A DNA stretch of 25,759 nt. It comes from a virus. Taxonomy: Duplodnaviria; Caudoviricetes. Positions within the stretch are counted from its first letter, which is position 1. Each line of letters begins with the position of its first letter. The position numbers and the translations under genes are program-made. Where the stretch lies: the IMG/VR virus record IMGVR_UViG_3300044297_000116, positions 1-25,759 of that record. One strand, 5' to 3'. Below the pieces are notes generated by a model that saw only the letters and a program-made list of their open reading frames with translations, did not search any database and was not told the DNA's origin. Positions 8,188-17,588 of the stretch are shown here, in pieces.

Positions 8188-9141
8188 ATGCTTATGGAAC
8201 AATATACATCATTACAAGTTCGTGAAGTACTTGAAGGAATTGGTATCAAAGTACATCATCAATCTGCAACTGACTTTTTTTGTTATTGTCCATTTCACAA
8301 TAATGTAAACACTCCGTCTTTTGCTATAAGTAAAATGAATGGTTTTTATATTTGTTACAACCCTTCTTGTGATGCAAGAGGAAGCTTAGAACATTTAATA
8401 TCGGAAATTGGTAACTTAGGTCATTTTGAAGTTGCTAAGTTTATTAGAAAATTAAGAGCAAATAAAGTAGATACTTTTGATCAAGATGTTGAAAATATTT
8501 TTGCTGAAAAACAAACATTTGTTCCTTTTTCACAAGATGTAGTTGATTCTTTACACAATGATTTAGATGAAAGATCTAAACAATATTTTTATTCTAGAAA
8601 TATTTTTGATGAAGCAATAGAACATTTTTATTTAGGATATTCTAAAAAACAAGATATGGTTACTGTACCACTACACAGTCCAGATTCAATGTTGGTTGGA
8701 ATTATAGGAAGATCTGTAGAAGGTAAAAAATTTAAGAACAGTGACAATTTGCCAAGAAGCTTAACAATGTTTAATTTGCATAGAGCAAAAAAGATTAGTG
8801 CAACTATTATTGTTTGTGAATCTTCTTTCGATGCAATAAGAATTCATCAAGCAGGTTATCCAAATGTTATTGCTACTTTGGGTGGCGGAATATCTAAAGA
8901 AAATTTACAAAATTTAAATAGATATTCATCTTCAATAATAATCGCAACGGATGCTGATCAAGCAGGAAGAAAGTTGGGTATGGAAATTGCAACTAAGCTT
9001 TCTAATAAAAATATTAGTTGGGCATCATTTGACGGAAATGTAATATATCCAAATGATGCAAAAGATGTTGGAGACTTAACAGATCAAGAAATAAAAAGTT
9101 GTATAAAAAATGCAATAAGTCATTTTGAATATATATATTAA
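8188..9141 (+). CDS. dnaG: DNA primase (CHC2 zinc finger + TOPRIM)
   Basis: CPFH...CYNPSC zinc finger; IVCESSFDAI, ATLGG, TDADQAG and KDVGD TOPRIM motifs. Confidence 0.92.
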   Translation: MLMEQYTSLQVREVLEGIGIKVHHQSATDFFCYCPFHNNVNTPSFAISKMNGFYICYNPSCDARGSLEHLISEIGNLGHFEVAKFIRKLRANKVDTFDQDVENIFAEKQTFVPFSQDVVDSLHNDLDERSKQYFYSRNIFDEAIEHFYLGYSKKQDMVTVPLHSPDSMLVGIIGRSVEGKKFKNSDNLPRSLTMFNLHRAKKISATIIVCESSFDAIRIHQAGYPNVIATLGGGISKENLQNLNRYSSSIIIATDADQAGRKLGMEIATKLSNKNISWASFDGNVIYPNDAKDVGDLTDQEIKSCIKNAISHFEYIY

Positions 9142-9150
9142 TGATATAAT
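9142..9150 (+). promoter_or_regulatory. Extended -10 promoter TGATATAAT
   Basis: Immediately after the primase stop; AGGAG RBS before ATG 9193. Confidence 0.65.
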
Positions 9151-9192
9151 GATTACACAAGGCATAATATAGCCTCAAACATAGGAGAAAAT

Positions 9193-9864
9193 ATGGGAAT
9201 AGTAACAGGCTTAGCAGCTATTAACAAAGCAATCGAGCCATCACACAGTAATAATGACGGACCAAAAGGTCGTTGGCTACAACTTAAAGACGGACAAGCA
9301 GTAAAAATTCGTTTTCTTCAGGAAATTGATCCTGACTCACCCCATTACAATAAAAATGCTGGACTTGGTATTGTTGGAATTGAACATACCAACCCAAAGG
9401 ATTATAAGCGCAAAGCAGTTTGTACTTTTGAAGATGAAGGTCAATGCTTTGGATGTGAGCAACACCGCAGAGATCCAAAGGCGGGATGGAAAGCAAAGCC
9501 TCGTTTTTATGTAAATGTTTTAGTTGAAGATGGAAATGAAGATCCTTATGTAGCAATTCTTTCTCAAGGAACTGGTCCTAAATCAGCAACACCAGAAATT
9601 GGACAGTATGCTGCAGAAACTGGAAGCATTACAAACTTAATTTGGAAACTAAAGCGAACTGGAGAAAAGACTGATACTCACTATAGTATTATTCCGCTTC
9701 CAACAGCAGAAGTTAAGTCAATTGATTATACAAAGTATGAATTGTATGATTTGGAAAAGACAGCAGTTCGTAATGTATTTTACGCAGATCAAGAAAATTT
9801 TTACATGGGAATTGTTCAGGAAAATTCTGAAAATTCTTCAACATCTTCCTCAACTGAGTGGTAA
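9193..9864 (+). CDS. Phage single-stranded DNA-binding protein (gp32-like)
   Basis: LKDGQAVKIRFL, H...C-x7-CxxC, KLKRTGEKTDTHYSIIP; polar/acidic tail ending in W; located between primase and polymerase. Confidence 0.75.
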   Translation: MGIVTGLAAINKAIEPSHSNNDGPKGRWLQLKDGQAVKIRFLQEIDPDSPHYNKNAGLGIVGIEHTNPKDYKRKAVCTFEDEGQCFGCEQHRRDPKAGWKAKPRFYVNVLVEDGNEDPYVAILSQGTGPKSATPEIGQYAAETGSITNLIWKLKRTGEKTDTHYSIIPLPTAEVKSIDYTKYELYDLEKTAVRNVFYADQENFYMGIVQENSENSSTSSSTEW

Positions 9865-9880
9865 TTAAATAAACGGAGTA

Positions 9881-12800
9881 TTGGTGGATTTTACACATTT
9901 ACATGTGCATTCGCACTATTCTTTAATGGATGGACTATGTTCCCCCGAAGAGTTATTGACTGCTGCAAAAAATGCAGGACAAACAGCAATGGCAATTACG
10001 GATCACGGAACATTGGCTTCTCATAGAGATTTGCAAATAGCAGCAAAAGAAATGGGAATGAAGCCAATACTCGGTTTAGAGGCTTACATATCGGCAACAG
10101 ATAGATTTGATAAAAGAGATATTAAGAGTCGTGACGACAACACTCAGATATTTAATCATATCATTTTATTAACAAAGAATAATCAAGGTTTAAAAAATTT
10201 ACAAAAGCTCTCAGAAATTGCTTGGACAGAAGGCTACTATCGCAAACCAAGAATTGATTTAGAAGTTCTTGATGAATATGGCGATGGTCTTATTGTTTTA
10301 TCTGGTTGCATGAATGGTTTGATTGCAAAAGCTATTCAAAATAACAACATGGATAAAGCTTTAGAATACGCCAGGTGGTTTAAAAATAGATTTAAAGATG
10401 ATTTTTATTTAGAAGTTCAATCTCATAACGATAAAGAAGTTAATGATGGATTGAAAAAAATATCTAAAAATTTAAATATAAAGATGGTAGCAACCTCTGA
10501 CTGTCATTATGCTACTAAAAAACAAAAAGCATTGGAAGAAGCTTTACTTATTCTTTCTACAAAACCACAGCAAGCTAGCGGAACTAGTTATGATAGTGGA
10601 AGAAAATACAAGGATATCTTTGAAAGATTTAATCACCTATATCCAGATAGACCTATTACTTTTCAAGATATCAATGTTTACATTCAATCTTATGAAGAAC
10701 TTAAAAATGATTTTGGCAACGACTGGCCAGAAAGTATATACTCTAATACTCAAGAAATTTTATCTAAAGTTGAAGATTATGTTTTTTATGAAAATTTACA
10801 ATTACTTCCAAAACCAAAAAAAGATGCACATAAGCAATTATCTGATTTGTGTAATCAATCACTAATTAAAAAGGGATTAGAAAATGAAAAATATATTAGC
10901 AGACTTAAAGAAGAACTCGATGTTATCAAAGATAAAGACTTTAGTAGTTATTTTCTTGTTGTTAGCGACATGGTTCATTGGGCGAAAGAAAATGAAATCC
11001 TTGTTGGCCCAGGCCGTGGATCAGCAGCGGGATCACTAGTTTGTTATTTACTTGGTATTACAGAAGTAGATCCTATTGAATATGATTTACTTTTTTTTAG
11101 ATTTATAAATCCAGAACGTAACGATTTTCCAGATATTGATACAGACTTTATGGATCGTAGACGTGGTGAAGTAAAAGAATTTTTAAGAAAGAAATTTAAA
11201 AATGTAGCATCAATTTCAACTTATCAATATTTTAAAGATAAAGGTGTAGTTAGAGATGCTGCAAGAGTCTTTGATGTTCCTCTTGGAGAAGTTAATAAAG
11301 CATTGAAAGGAGTAGAGACATTTGAAGAGTTTGAGTCTAGTAAAAATGTTGAGTGGTTTAAGCAAAAATATCCTGAAGTCGTTGAGTACGCTTCTAGCTT
11401 GCGGGGTCGTATTCGTTCTGTCGGTATTCACGCTGCAGGTGTTGTTGTTGCTAAAGATCCTATTTCAACTTATGCACCCATTGAAACCAGAAGTGATTCT
11501 AGTGACGACGTTAGTGGTAGAGTTCCTGTTATTGCATATGATATGGACCAAGCTGCTGACATAGGTCTTATTAAATTTGACGTTCTTGGATTAAAAACAC
11601 TTTCGGTAATTCAAGATACCATTAAGAGTATTAAAGATAGACACAACATTGAAATCAATTTAAATGATTTATCTTTAGATGATAAAAAAGTTTTTGATGA
11701 TTTATCTAATGGATTTACTAAAGGTGTATTTCAAGCAGAAGCAACTCCTTATACAAATCTATTAATTAAAATGGGTGTTGATAAATTTGAAGATCTAGTT
11801 GCATCTAACGCTTTGGTAAGACCAGGAGCAATGAACACCGTTGGTGCTGAATACCTAGCAAGAAAGCATGGAGACAAAGTAGTAAAATATGTTCATCCAC
11901 TTATGCAACCTTTTACCGAAAGAACATATGGTGTTATAATTTATCAAGAGCAAGTTATGCAAGCATGTGTTTATTTGGGTGGCATGTCTTGGTCAGAAGC
12001 AGACAAAGTAAGAAAAATTATTGGAAAGAAAAAGGACGCAAAAGAATTTGATGCATTCAAAGATAGATTTATCGAAGGAGCAAGAGAGCATATCTCTAAA
12101 GAAGATGCTGAGCGTTTATGGCACGACTTTGAGGCTCATGCTGGTTATTCATTTAATAGATCCCATGCTGTGGCTTATTCTATGCTTAGCTATTGGACTG
12201 CTTGGCTCAAACATTATTACCCGATTGAGTTTGTATTTTCTCTACTTAAAAATGAGGGAAACAAAGATACAAGAACAGAATATTTATTGGAAGCCAAGCG
12301 ACTTGGAATTAAGATTCTCCTACCCCATGTCAACGAATCGGAAATAGATTTTAGTATTCAGGGTAATTCTATTAGATTTGGTTTATCTAGTATTAAATAT
12401 ATTTCTGAAAATATAGGTAAAAAGATTATTAATGCAAGACCATTTAAATCTTATGCACATTTATTAGAAGTTTCTTCATCTAAAAATTCTGGAATTAATT
12501 CAAGAGCAGTATCTGCATTAAACATTATTGGTGGCGCAGCATTTAATGATAATCCAAAAACTGGAAAAGAGCAAGAATATTATTATGAGTATTTAAATAT
12601 TCCAAAGTTTGATACTAGAGGAATTACTCCATACATTAAATCTCAAATTACTCCGTTAGAAGATTTTTTAGAAGAAGGTACTTTTGTACTTTGCGCAATG
12701 GTTAAAACTATTAAAAAGGGTCAGGGTTGGTCACGGGTTGAACTAGTTGACGATACGGGATCTATAGGTATTTTTCACACAGAAAATACTCAAATTGAAA

Positions 12801-13150
12801 CAGGAAATATGTATTTCTTTCTTGTAGGAGACAATAGAATTCATAGATATGTTACAATAGATGATGTAGTTGCACAAAAAAATGATCCATTTGTAAATTA
12901 TTTGCATACAAAAGATTTACAAGTACCAGATAATAAAAAATATATAGTTGATTTTACACATTATCAAACAAAACAAAAGAAAATGATGGCTCATATTATT
13001 TATTGTAATGAAAATAAAGAGATGTATAGAGCAATAGCTTTTCCAAAGATGTACACAGTTGCTTTGGGTAAGATGAAACCAGGTTCTTTTTGTGAACCAA
13101 TTATCCATCAATTAGATGATGGAACTAAATATGTAAAGGAAATAGCATGA
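9881..13150 (+). CDS. dnaE: DNA polymerase III alpha subunit (DnaE-like, family C)
   Basis: PHP domain HLHVHSHYSLMDG/TDHG; GPGRGSAAGSLVCY; catalytic PDIDTDF; KFDVLGL; YSFNRSHA; C-terminal OB fold. The start may be GTG 9884. Confidence 0.96.
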   Translation: MVDFTHLHVHSHYSLMDGLCSPEELLTAAKNAGQTAMAITDHGTLASHRDLQIAAKEMGMKPILGLEAYISATDRFDKRDIKSRDDNTQIFNHIILLTKNNQGLKNLQKLSEIAWTEGYYRKPRIDLEVLDEYGDGLIVLSGCMNGLIAKAIQNNNMDKALEYARWFKNRFKDDFYLEVQSHNDKEVNDGLKKISKNLNIKMVATSDCHYATKKQKALEEALLILSTKPQQASGTSYDSGRKYKDIFERFNHLYPDRPITFQDINVYIQSYEELKNDFGNDWPESIYSNTQEILSKVEDYVFYENLQLLPKPKKDAHKQLSDLCNQSLIKKGLENEKYISRLKEELDVIKDKDFSSYFLVVSDMVHWAKENEILVGPGRGSAAGSLVCYLLGITEVDPIEYDLLFFRFINPERNDFPDIDTDFMDRRRGEVKEFLRKKFKNVASISTYQYFKDKGVVRDAARVFDVPLGEVNKALKGVETFEEFESSKNVEWFKQKYPEVVEYASSLRGRIRSVGIHAAGVVVAKDPISTYAPIETRSDSSDDVSGRVPVIAYDMDQAADIGLIKFDVLGLKTLSVIQDTIKSIKDRHNIEINLNDLSLDDKKVFDDLSNGFTKGVFQAEATPYTNLLIKMGVDKFEDLVASNALVRPGAMNTVGAEYLARKHGDKVVKYVHPLMQPFTERTYGVIIYQEQVMQACVYLGGMSWSEADKVRKIIGKKKDAKEFDAFKDRFIEGAREHISKEDAERLWHDFEAHAGYSFNRSHAVAYSMLSYWTAWLKHYYPIEFVFSLLKNEGNKDTRTEYLLEAKRLGIKILLPHVNESEIDFSIQGNSIRFGLSSIKYISENIGKKIINARPFKSYAHLLEVSSSKNSGINSRAVSALNIIGGAAFNDNPKTGKEQEYYYEYLNIPKFDTRGITPYIKSQITPLEDFLEEGTFVLCAMVKTIKKGQGWSRVELVDDTGSIGIFHTENTQIETGNMYFFLVGDNRIHRYVTIDDVVAQKNDPFVNYLHTKDLQVPDNKKYIVDFTHYQTKQKKMMAHIIYCNENKEMYRAIAFPKMYTVALGKMKPGSFCEPIIHQLDDGTKYVKEIA

Positions 13151-13383
13151 CAGAACAACAAGAAAACGTAGAACAAAGTAATGGTATTAACATTACTGTA
13201 GAACAAATTTTAGCTTCGGTAATTAATACAGTAGGACCTGTTGTAGTTCCGTTGGAAAAATTAATTGAAAATTATGGCAATAGATCAATCTCTGTTAATC
13301 AAAATGAAGATAAGTCTGTGGAATTTTCTTTAGTAGAAAATACACAGGTAGTCGAGGAGACTTCACAAGAAACTGCGGAATAA
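13147..13383 (+). CDS. Small acidic hypothetical protein
   Basis: ATGA overlap with the dnaE stop, AAGGA RBS. Confidence 0.7.
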   Translation: MTEQQENVEQSNGINITVEQILASVINTVGPVVVPLEKLIENYGNRSISVNQNEDKSVEFSLVENTQVVEETSQETAE

Positions 13384-13384
13384 T

Positions 13385-14383
13385 ATGTCGTTATTAGCAG
13401 AAGAAGTTTTAGCAAGTTTAGATCCAAAAACAAGACAAAGAATTCAACTTGCTTCAGGAGTAAGTGCAGAAAGACAAAAAACACCTAGCATTGGTTTAAA
13501 CATAGCATTAAAAGGTGGACTTGGTTATGGTCGTCAAGTTTTAATTTGGGGAAACAAGTCTGCTGGTAAATCTTCTTTTTGTTTGCAAATGGTTGCGGAG
13601 GCTCAAAAAGAAGGAAAGACTTGTGCTTGGATTGATTCTGAGCATTATTATGATGCAAGGTGGGCAGAACAATTAGGAGTAGATTCTTCTTCCCTTATCT
13701 ATTCTCAAGCAAAAACAATTAATGACATGGTAGATGTTTCAACCCAATTAATGTCTGCTGGAGTAGACATTATCGTTGTTGATTCAATATCTGCATTGCT
13801 TCCTGCTATTTATTTTGAAAAAGATTCTACAGAGTTAAAGAAGCTTGAAGATACAAAGCAAATAGGAGCAGAAGCAAAAGATATGACACATGCTGTTAAA
13901 ATGCTTAACTATGCAAATAAAAATACTTTGCTTGTACTAATATCACAGCAAAGAAATCAGTTTGGCACAATGCATGCTAGTCATATACCAACTGGCGGAA
14001 TGGCAGTAAAGTTTTTTTCTTCTACTGTAATAAAGCTATGGTCTTCAGAAGCTGAAGCAAATGCAATTAAATCTGGCATAAAAGTTGGAGATAAAATACT
14101 TGAACAAAAAGTTGGAAGACCTGTAAATTGGATTATTGATTATAACAAACTTGGTCCAATGGGTTTATCTGGACAATATGATTTTTATTATCAAGGTGAC
14201 AATCTTGGAGTAGATGAAGTAGGAGAAGTTTTAGATTCTGCTGAAATGATGGGTATCGTGCAAAAAGGTGGGGCATGGTATACAATTGAAGAAGAAAGAT
14301 TTCAAGGTAGAAATAAAGCTTTGGAATATCTTAGATCAAATCAAGATATTGTTAAAAAATTAAAAGAAAAAATTTATGGGTAA
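13385..14383 (+). CDS. recA: RecA/UvsX-like recombinase
   Basis: TPSIGLNIALKGG, Walker A GNKSAGKS, WIDSE, Walker B IIVVDSI, TGGMAVKF, KGGAWY...FQGR. Confidence 0.93.
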   Translation: MSLLAEEVLASLDPKTRQRIQLASGVSAERQKTPSIGLNIALKGGLGYGRQVLIWGNKSAGKSSFCLQMVAEAQKEGKTCAWIDSEHYYDARWAEQLGVDSSSLIYSQAKTINDMVDVSTQLMSAGVDIIVVDSISALLPAIYFEKDSTELKKLEDTKQIGAEAKDMTHAVKMLNYANKNTLLVLISQQRNQFGTMHASHIPTGGMAVKFFSSTVIKLWSSEAEANAIKSGIKVGDKILEQKVGRPVNWIIDYNKLGPMGLSGQYDFYYQGDNLGVDEVGEVLDSAEMMGIVQKGGAWYTIEEERFQGRNKALEYLRSNQDIVKKLKEKIYG

Positions 14384-14552
14384 ATTTAATCAATTTATAA
14401 ATAAAGATCAAGAAAATTGTGAAAAACTTTATGGTACATATGGATGCAAGTATTGTGAAGAAGATTTAGATCATGCTTGGTGGGATGTAAACAAATCAAT
14501 GTTTTTTTGGATATGTTCAAATGGTCATAGATCGGAACATCATCTTGTCTGA
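14376..14552 (+). CDS. Small zinc-ribbon protein (not in ORF track)
   Basis: Manual translation MGKFNQFINKDQENCEKLYGTYGCKYCEEDLDHAWWDVNKSMFFWICSNGHRSEHHLV (58 aa), CxxC...CxxxH; fills the gap after recA and overlaps both neighbours. Confidence 0.7.
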   Translation: MGKFNQFINKDQENCEKLYGTYGCKYCEEDLDHAWWDVNKSMFFWICSNGHRSEHHLV

Positions 14553-14853
14553 AAGAGGAGAGGCAAAAAGAGATGGCGCAAAACAACAAAAAAATAGTGG
14601 GCGAGGAGACTATCAAAAAGGAGACGCTCAATGGCAAGATTTTGTTGTGGATTACAAAGAATATGAATCAAGTATATCTATTTCACAAAGCATATGGGCT
14701 AAAATCTGCACAGACACTTTTCGGGTTGATAGGAATAAGTACCCTGTACTTAAACTCATATTGGGAAAAGATTCAAAAAAAACTAGACTTGCAGTAATTG
14801 AGTGGGCATTATTTGAAGAAATGGTGGAGTCATGGCAGAAGAAACAACTTTAG
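14545..14853 (+). CDS. PD-(D/E)xK nuclease, Holliday junction resolvase-like
   Basis: SERGE...NSGRG...KGDA...VVDYKE pattern; TTG 14545 is preferred to track start 14521. Confidence 0.7.
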   Translation: MSERGEAKRDGAKQQKNSGRGDYQKGDAQWQDFVVDYKEYESSISISQSIWAKICTDTFRVDRNKYPVLKLILGKDSKKTRLAVIEWALFEEMVESWQKKQL

Positions 14854-15158
14854 ATTATATTAGTCAAATAACTGAATTTAACGATCTTTCTGAATTTATG
14901 CAAGATAAAGATCTAGATATTGCATTAGATTTAATAATTAAACTTATATCTAAACCAGATGTACCTTCCACAACCGCACCAGGACTTATTGTTAAATTAC
15001 AAGCTATTAGTGCTAAACTTGCTATACAGGCAAGATATTACACTACCTTTGAAAAAGGTGGAGATAACTCTAAAAAGAAGAATACCTATTATACCGCTGC
15101 AGAAGCTATTGATAAATTAGTAGATGCTTTAAAGTATTCTGCAAGATATGGGGTATAA
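14832..15158 (+). CDS. Hypothetical helical protein in the recombination cluster
   Basis: 108 aa, GGAG RBS, overlaps the upstream gene. Confidence 0.7.
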   Translation: MAEETTLDYISQITEFNDLSEFMQDKDLDIALDLIIKLISKPDVPSTTAPGLIVKLQAISAKLAIQARYYTTFEKGGDNSKKKNTYYTAAEAIDKLVDALKYSARYGV

Positions 15159-15177
15159 TGATAAAGGTGAAATTTAA

Positions 15178-15957
15178 TTGGCATCTATAACTACTTTAAA
15201 ATTAAAAAATAATAATTTATTTGATAAAGAAAAATTTTTAGATGAATATTTTAATACATTTGAATTAAAAAATTCATTTACACAAAAGAAAACTTTTTCT
15301 CCAAGTACTTTAGGGTATGGTCATGGAAACTGTGCTAGGTATTGGTTTATTGCTTTTAATGGTGCTGACTTTGAAGATACCGCTAAACCTTTAGCTAAAT
15401 CTGTAATGGAAAATGGTACATTTACTCACGACAGAATACAGAAAAGATTTAATAAATTAAATAAATCATATAAAATTATTGCACATGAAATAGATACTGT
15501 ACATCAAGATCCTCCAATTCATGGATATCTAGATTCATTAATTCAAGATTTAGAAAATGATAATCTAATTCCTTTTGAAATTAAATCTATAAAAGATGAA
15601 CAGTGGAATATAAAACAGCATAGTTTAGATCCGTCAGATAATCATAAAATTCAATTGTTAACTTATATGAAAATTTGGGGTTATAAAACTGGAGTTTTCT
15701 TTTATGAAAATAAAAATGATCAAGCGCCTCTATTAATTATTATTGAAATGGATGAAAAAAATAATCAACTAATTGATTATGTTTTTGATTGGTTGCGTGG
15801 AGTATATAAATTATATGAAGATCAAACCTTACCCAATAGACCTTTTCTTAAAACTAATTATGCTTGCAAAGGTTGTCCAGTAAACAAAATTTGTTGGAAA
15901 CAAATGAAAGATGATGAAGGTGAAGTTATCTACCCAGCAATGGTGATTAAAAAATGA
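15178..15957 (+). CDS. Cas4-like / RecB-family exonuclease with putative 4Fe-4S cluster
   Basis: FSPS...CARY, GTFTH, GYLD, EIKS, QLLTY and C-terminal CKGCPVNKIC (1+3 cysteine staple). Confidence 0.85.
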   Translation: MASITTLKLKNNNLFDKEKFLDEYFNTFELKNSFTQKKTFSPSTLGYGHGNCARYWFIAFNGADFEDTAKPLAKSVMENGTFTHDRIQKRFNKLNKSYKIIAHEIDTVHQDPPIHGYLDSLIQDLENDNLIPFEIKSIKDEQWNIKQHSLDPSDNHKIQLLTYMKIWGYKTGVFFYENKNDQAPLLIIIEMDEKNNQLIDYVFDWLRGVYKLYEDQTLPNRPFLKTNYACKGCPVNKICWKQMKDDEGEVIYPAMVIKK

Positions 15958-16235
15958 TATGTGCATATGAAGAGTGTTCAAATAAATTTGAACCAAAAAC
16001 ACATAATCAAAAATATTGTTCTGAAGAATGTTGTAAAATTGCAACTAATTTAAAAGTAAAAGAAAAGTATTTTTATAAAAAAGCAAGAGTCGCTGGAGTA
16101 AAGTTTATATGCGATTCTAAAGGATGCAATCAAATATTAAGTAGATTTACTTTAGATAAAGTTTGTGAAAATTGTAAGGCTAAACAAAGGTCTAAAGATA
16201 GAAAAGAAATTTTGGATATGCTAAATGGAATCTAA
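15954..16235 (+). CDS. Cys-rich zinc-finger protein
   Basis: CAYEEC...YCSEEC...CDSKGC...CENC; ATGA overlap with the exonuclease stop. Confidence 0.7.
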   Translation: MICAYEECSNKFEPKTHNQKYCSEECCKIATNLKVKEKYFYKKARVAGVKFICDSKGCNQILSRFTLDKVCENCKAKQRSKDRKEILDMLNGI

Positions 16236-16758
16236 AGTTTTGGGAATTGATGCAAGCACTAATAGTATCGCTTTTTGTTTAATGCATGACTCTCAACCTA
16301 AAAAATGGGGAGAAGTTTTTTTTCATGGTTCTGATGTTTATCAAAGAATTCTTGATGCAAAGCGTAAAGTAAGAGCAATTAAAGAACAATTAAATTATGA
16401 TACAATATATATAGAAGCTGCGGTTTCTGTAAAATCTGTTGCAACTGGTCTTAAAATGGCCTATATGTTTGGAACTATAATGGGAGAGTTGATGTATGAT
16501 GATACAAAAATTGTTGAAGTACATCCCCTCAAATGGCAGGGCTTCATCAACAATCCTAATTTTACAAAATTTGAAAAAGAAGAAGTTAAAAAACAGTTTC
16601 CAGGAAAATCAGATAACTGGTATAAAAACAAAATTAGAGAATTAAGAAAACAAAAAACAATTAATTTTGTTAAAACTTTGGGAGTAGATACTCAAAGTGA
16701 CAACGTAGCAGATGCCGTTGGAATTGCATGGTGGGGAGCAAATGAGCGATTTGTATAA
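16225..16758 (+). CDS. RuvC-like resolvase
   Basis: VLGIDASTNSIAF, IYIE and DNVADAVGIA catalytic motifs. Confidence 0.85.
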   Translation: MESKVLGIDASTNSIAFCLMHDSQPKKWGEVFFHGSDVYQRILDAKRKVRAIKEQLNYDTIYIEAAVSVKSVATGLKMAYMFGTIMGELMYDDTKIVEVHPLKWQGFINNPNFTKFEKEEVKKQFPGKSDNWYKNKIRELRKQKTINFVKTLGVDTQSDNVADAVGIAWWGANERFV

Positions 16759-16891
16759 ATCAAAAGCTTGGCTATATAAAAGATATGTAGCCGAAAGAAA
16801 GAATATTGTAGAAATTGCAAAAGAAGCTGGATGTAGCCACATGACAATTCAAAGATATTTAGAAAAATTTGGATTGATAAAGAGTAAATAA
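16742..16891 (+). CDS. Small helix-turn-helix DNA-binding protein (not in ORF track)
   Basis: Manual translation MSDLYKSKAWLYKRYVAERKNIVEIAKEAGCSHMTIQRYLEKFGLIKSK (49 aa); GGGGAG RBS; clear HTH. Confidence 0.8.
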   Translation: MSDLYKSKAWLYKRYVAERKNIVEIAKEAGCSHMTIQRYLEKFGLIKSK

Positions 16892-17070
16892 TGCCTTTAT
16901 ATGAATACTTTTGTATAACTTGTGATTTTAAAAAAGAAATCAGTAGAAGTTTAAATGACAAAGAAGTTTTTCCATTTTGTGAAAAATGTGGATATAAAAT
17001 GCTAAGAGGATATGGATTAGGCGGAGTTCAATTTAAGGGCTCTGGTTTTTATAAAACAGATAACAGATGA
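16891..17070 (+). CDS. FmdB-family zinc-ribbon protein (not in ORF track)
   Basis: Manual translation MPLYEYFCITC...CEKCGYKM...VQFKGSGFYKTDNR (59 aa), with the family signature MPxYEYxCxxC...FKGSGFYxTD; TAATG and ATGA overlaps. Confidence 0.85.
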   Translation: MPLYEYFCITCDFKKEISRSLNDKEVFPFCEKCGYKMLRGYGLGGVQFKGSGFYKTDNR

Positions 17071-17588
17071 ATGAAATAGAAGTAGCTGGTCAATTTGACC
17101 AAATGAATAGAGTCATTGAAGAAATGCTCAAGGGTAATAATCCAACTCAAATTGCTAAAGATTTAGGATTGCAAAGAGCAGATGTAATAAAACATATTGA
17201 TTTGTGGCGTTCCTTAATTAAAGGAGATCATGGAGTAAAAGAACGAGCTTCTGAAGCTTTGTCTGCTGCTGATCAACATTACAATATGATTATTAAAGAA
17301 GCCTGGGACACAGTAAAAAGAGCAGAAGATCAAGATGCTTTAAGTATTAAAGCGCAAACTTTAAAATTAATAGCAGACGTAGAACAAAAAAGAATTGATA
17401 TGTTGCAAAAAGCTGGTGTTATTGAAAAAAATGATATGGCTGAATCAATTTTAGAAACCGAAAGAAAGCAAGAAGTTTTAGTTGGAATTTTAAGAGATGT
17501 ATCATCTTCCTGTTCAAATTGCAAGCAGGAGGTTGCAAAAAGACTTTCACTAGTAACAAACAAGGTGGAGGTAATTTCAGTTGACTGA
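17067..17588 (+). CDS. HTH-containing protein, putative terminase small subunit
   Basis: N-terminal HTH (NPTQIAKDLGLQRADVIKHI), helical body, overlaps the start of the large terminase. Confidence 0.55.
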   Translation: MNEIEVAGQFDQMNRVIEEMLKGNNPTQIAKDLGLQRADVIKHIDLWRSLIKGDHGVKERASEALSAADQHYNMIIKEAWDTVKRAEDQDALSIKAQTLKLIADVEQKRIDMLQKAGVIEKNDMAESILETERKQEVLVGILRDVSSSCSNCKQEVAKRLSLVTNKVEVISVD

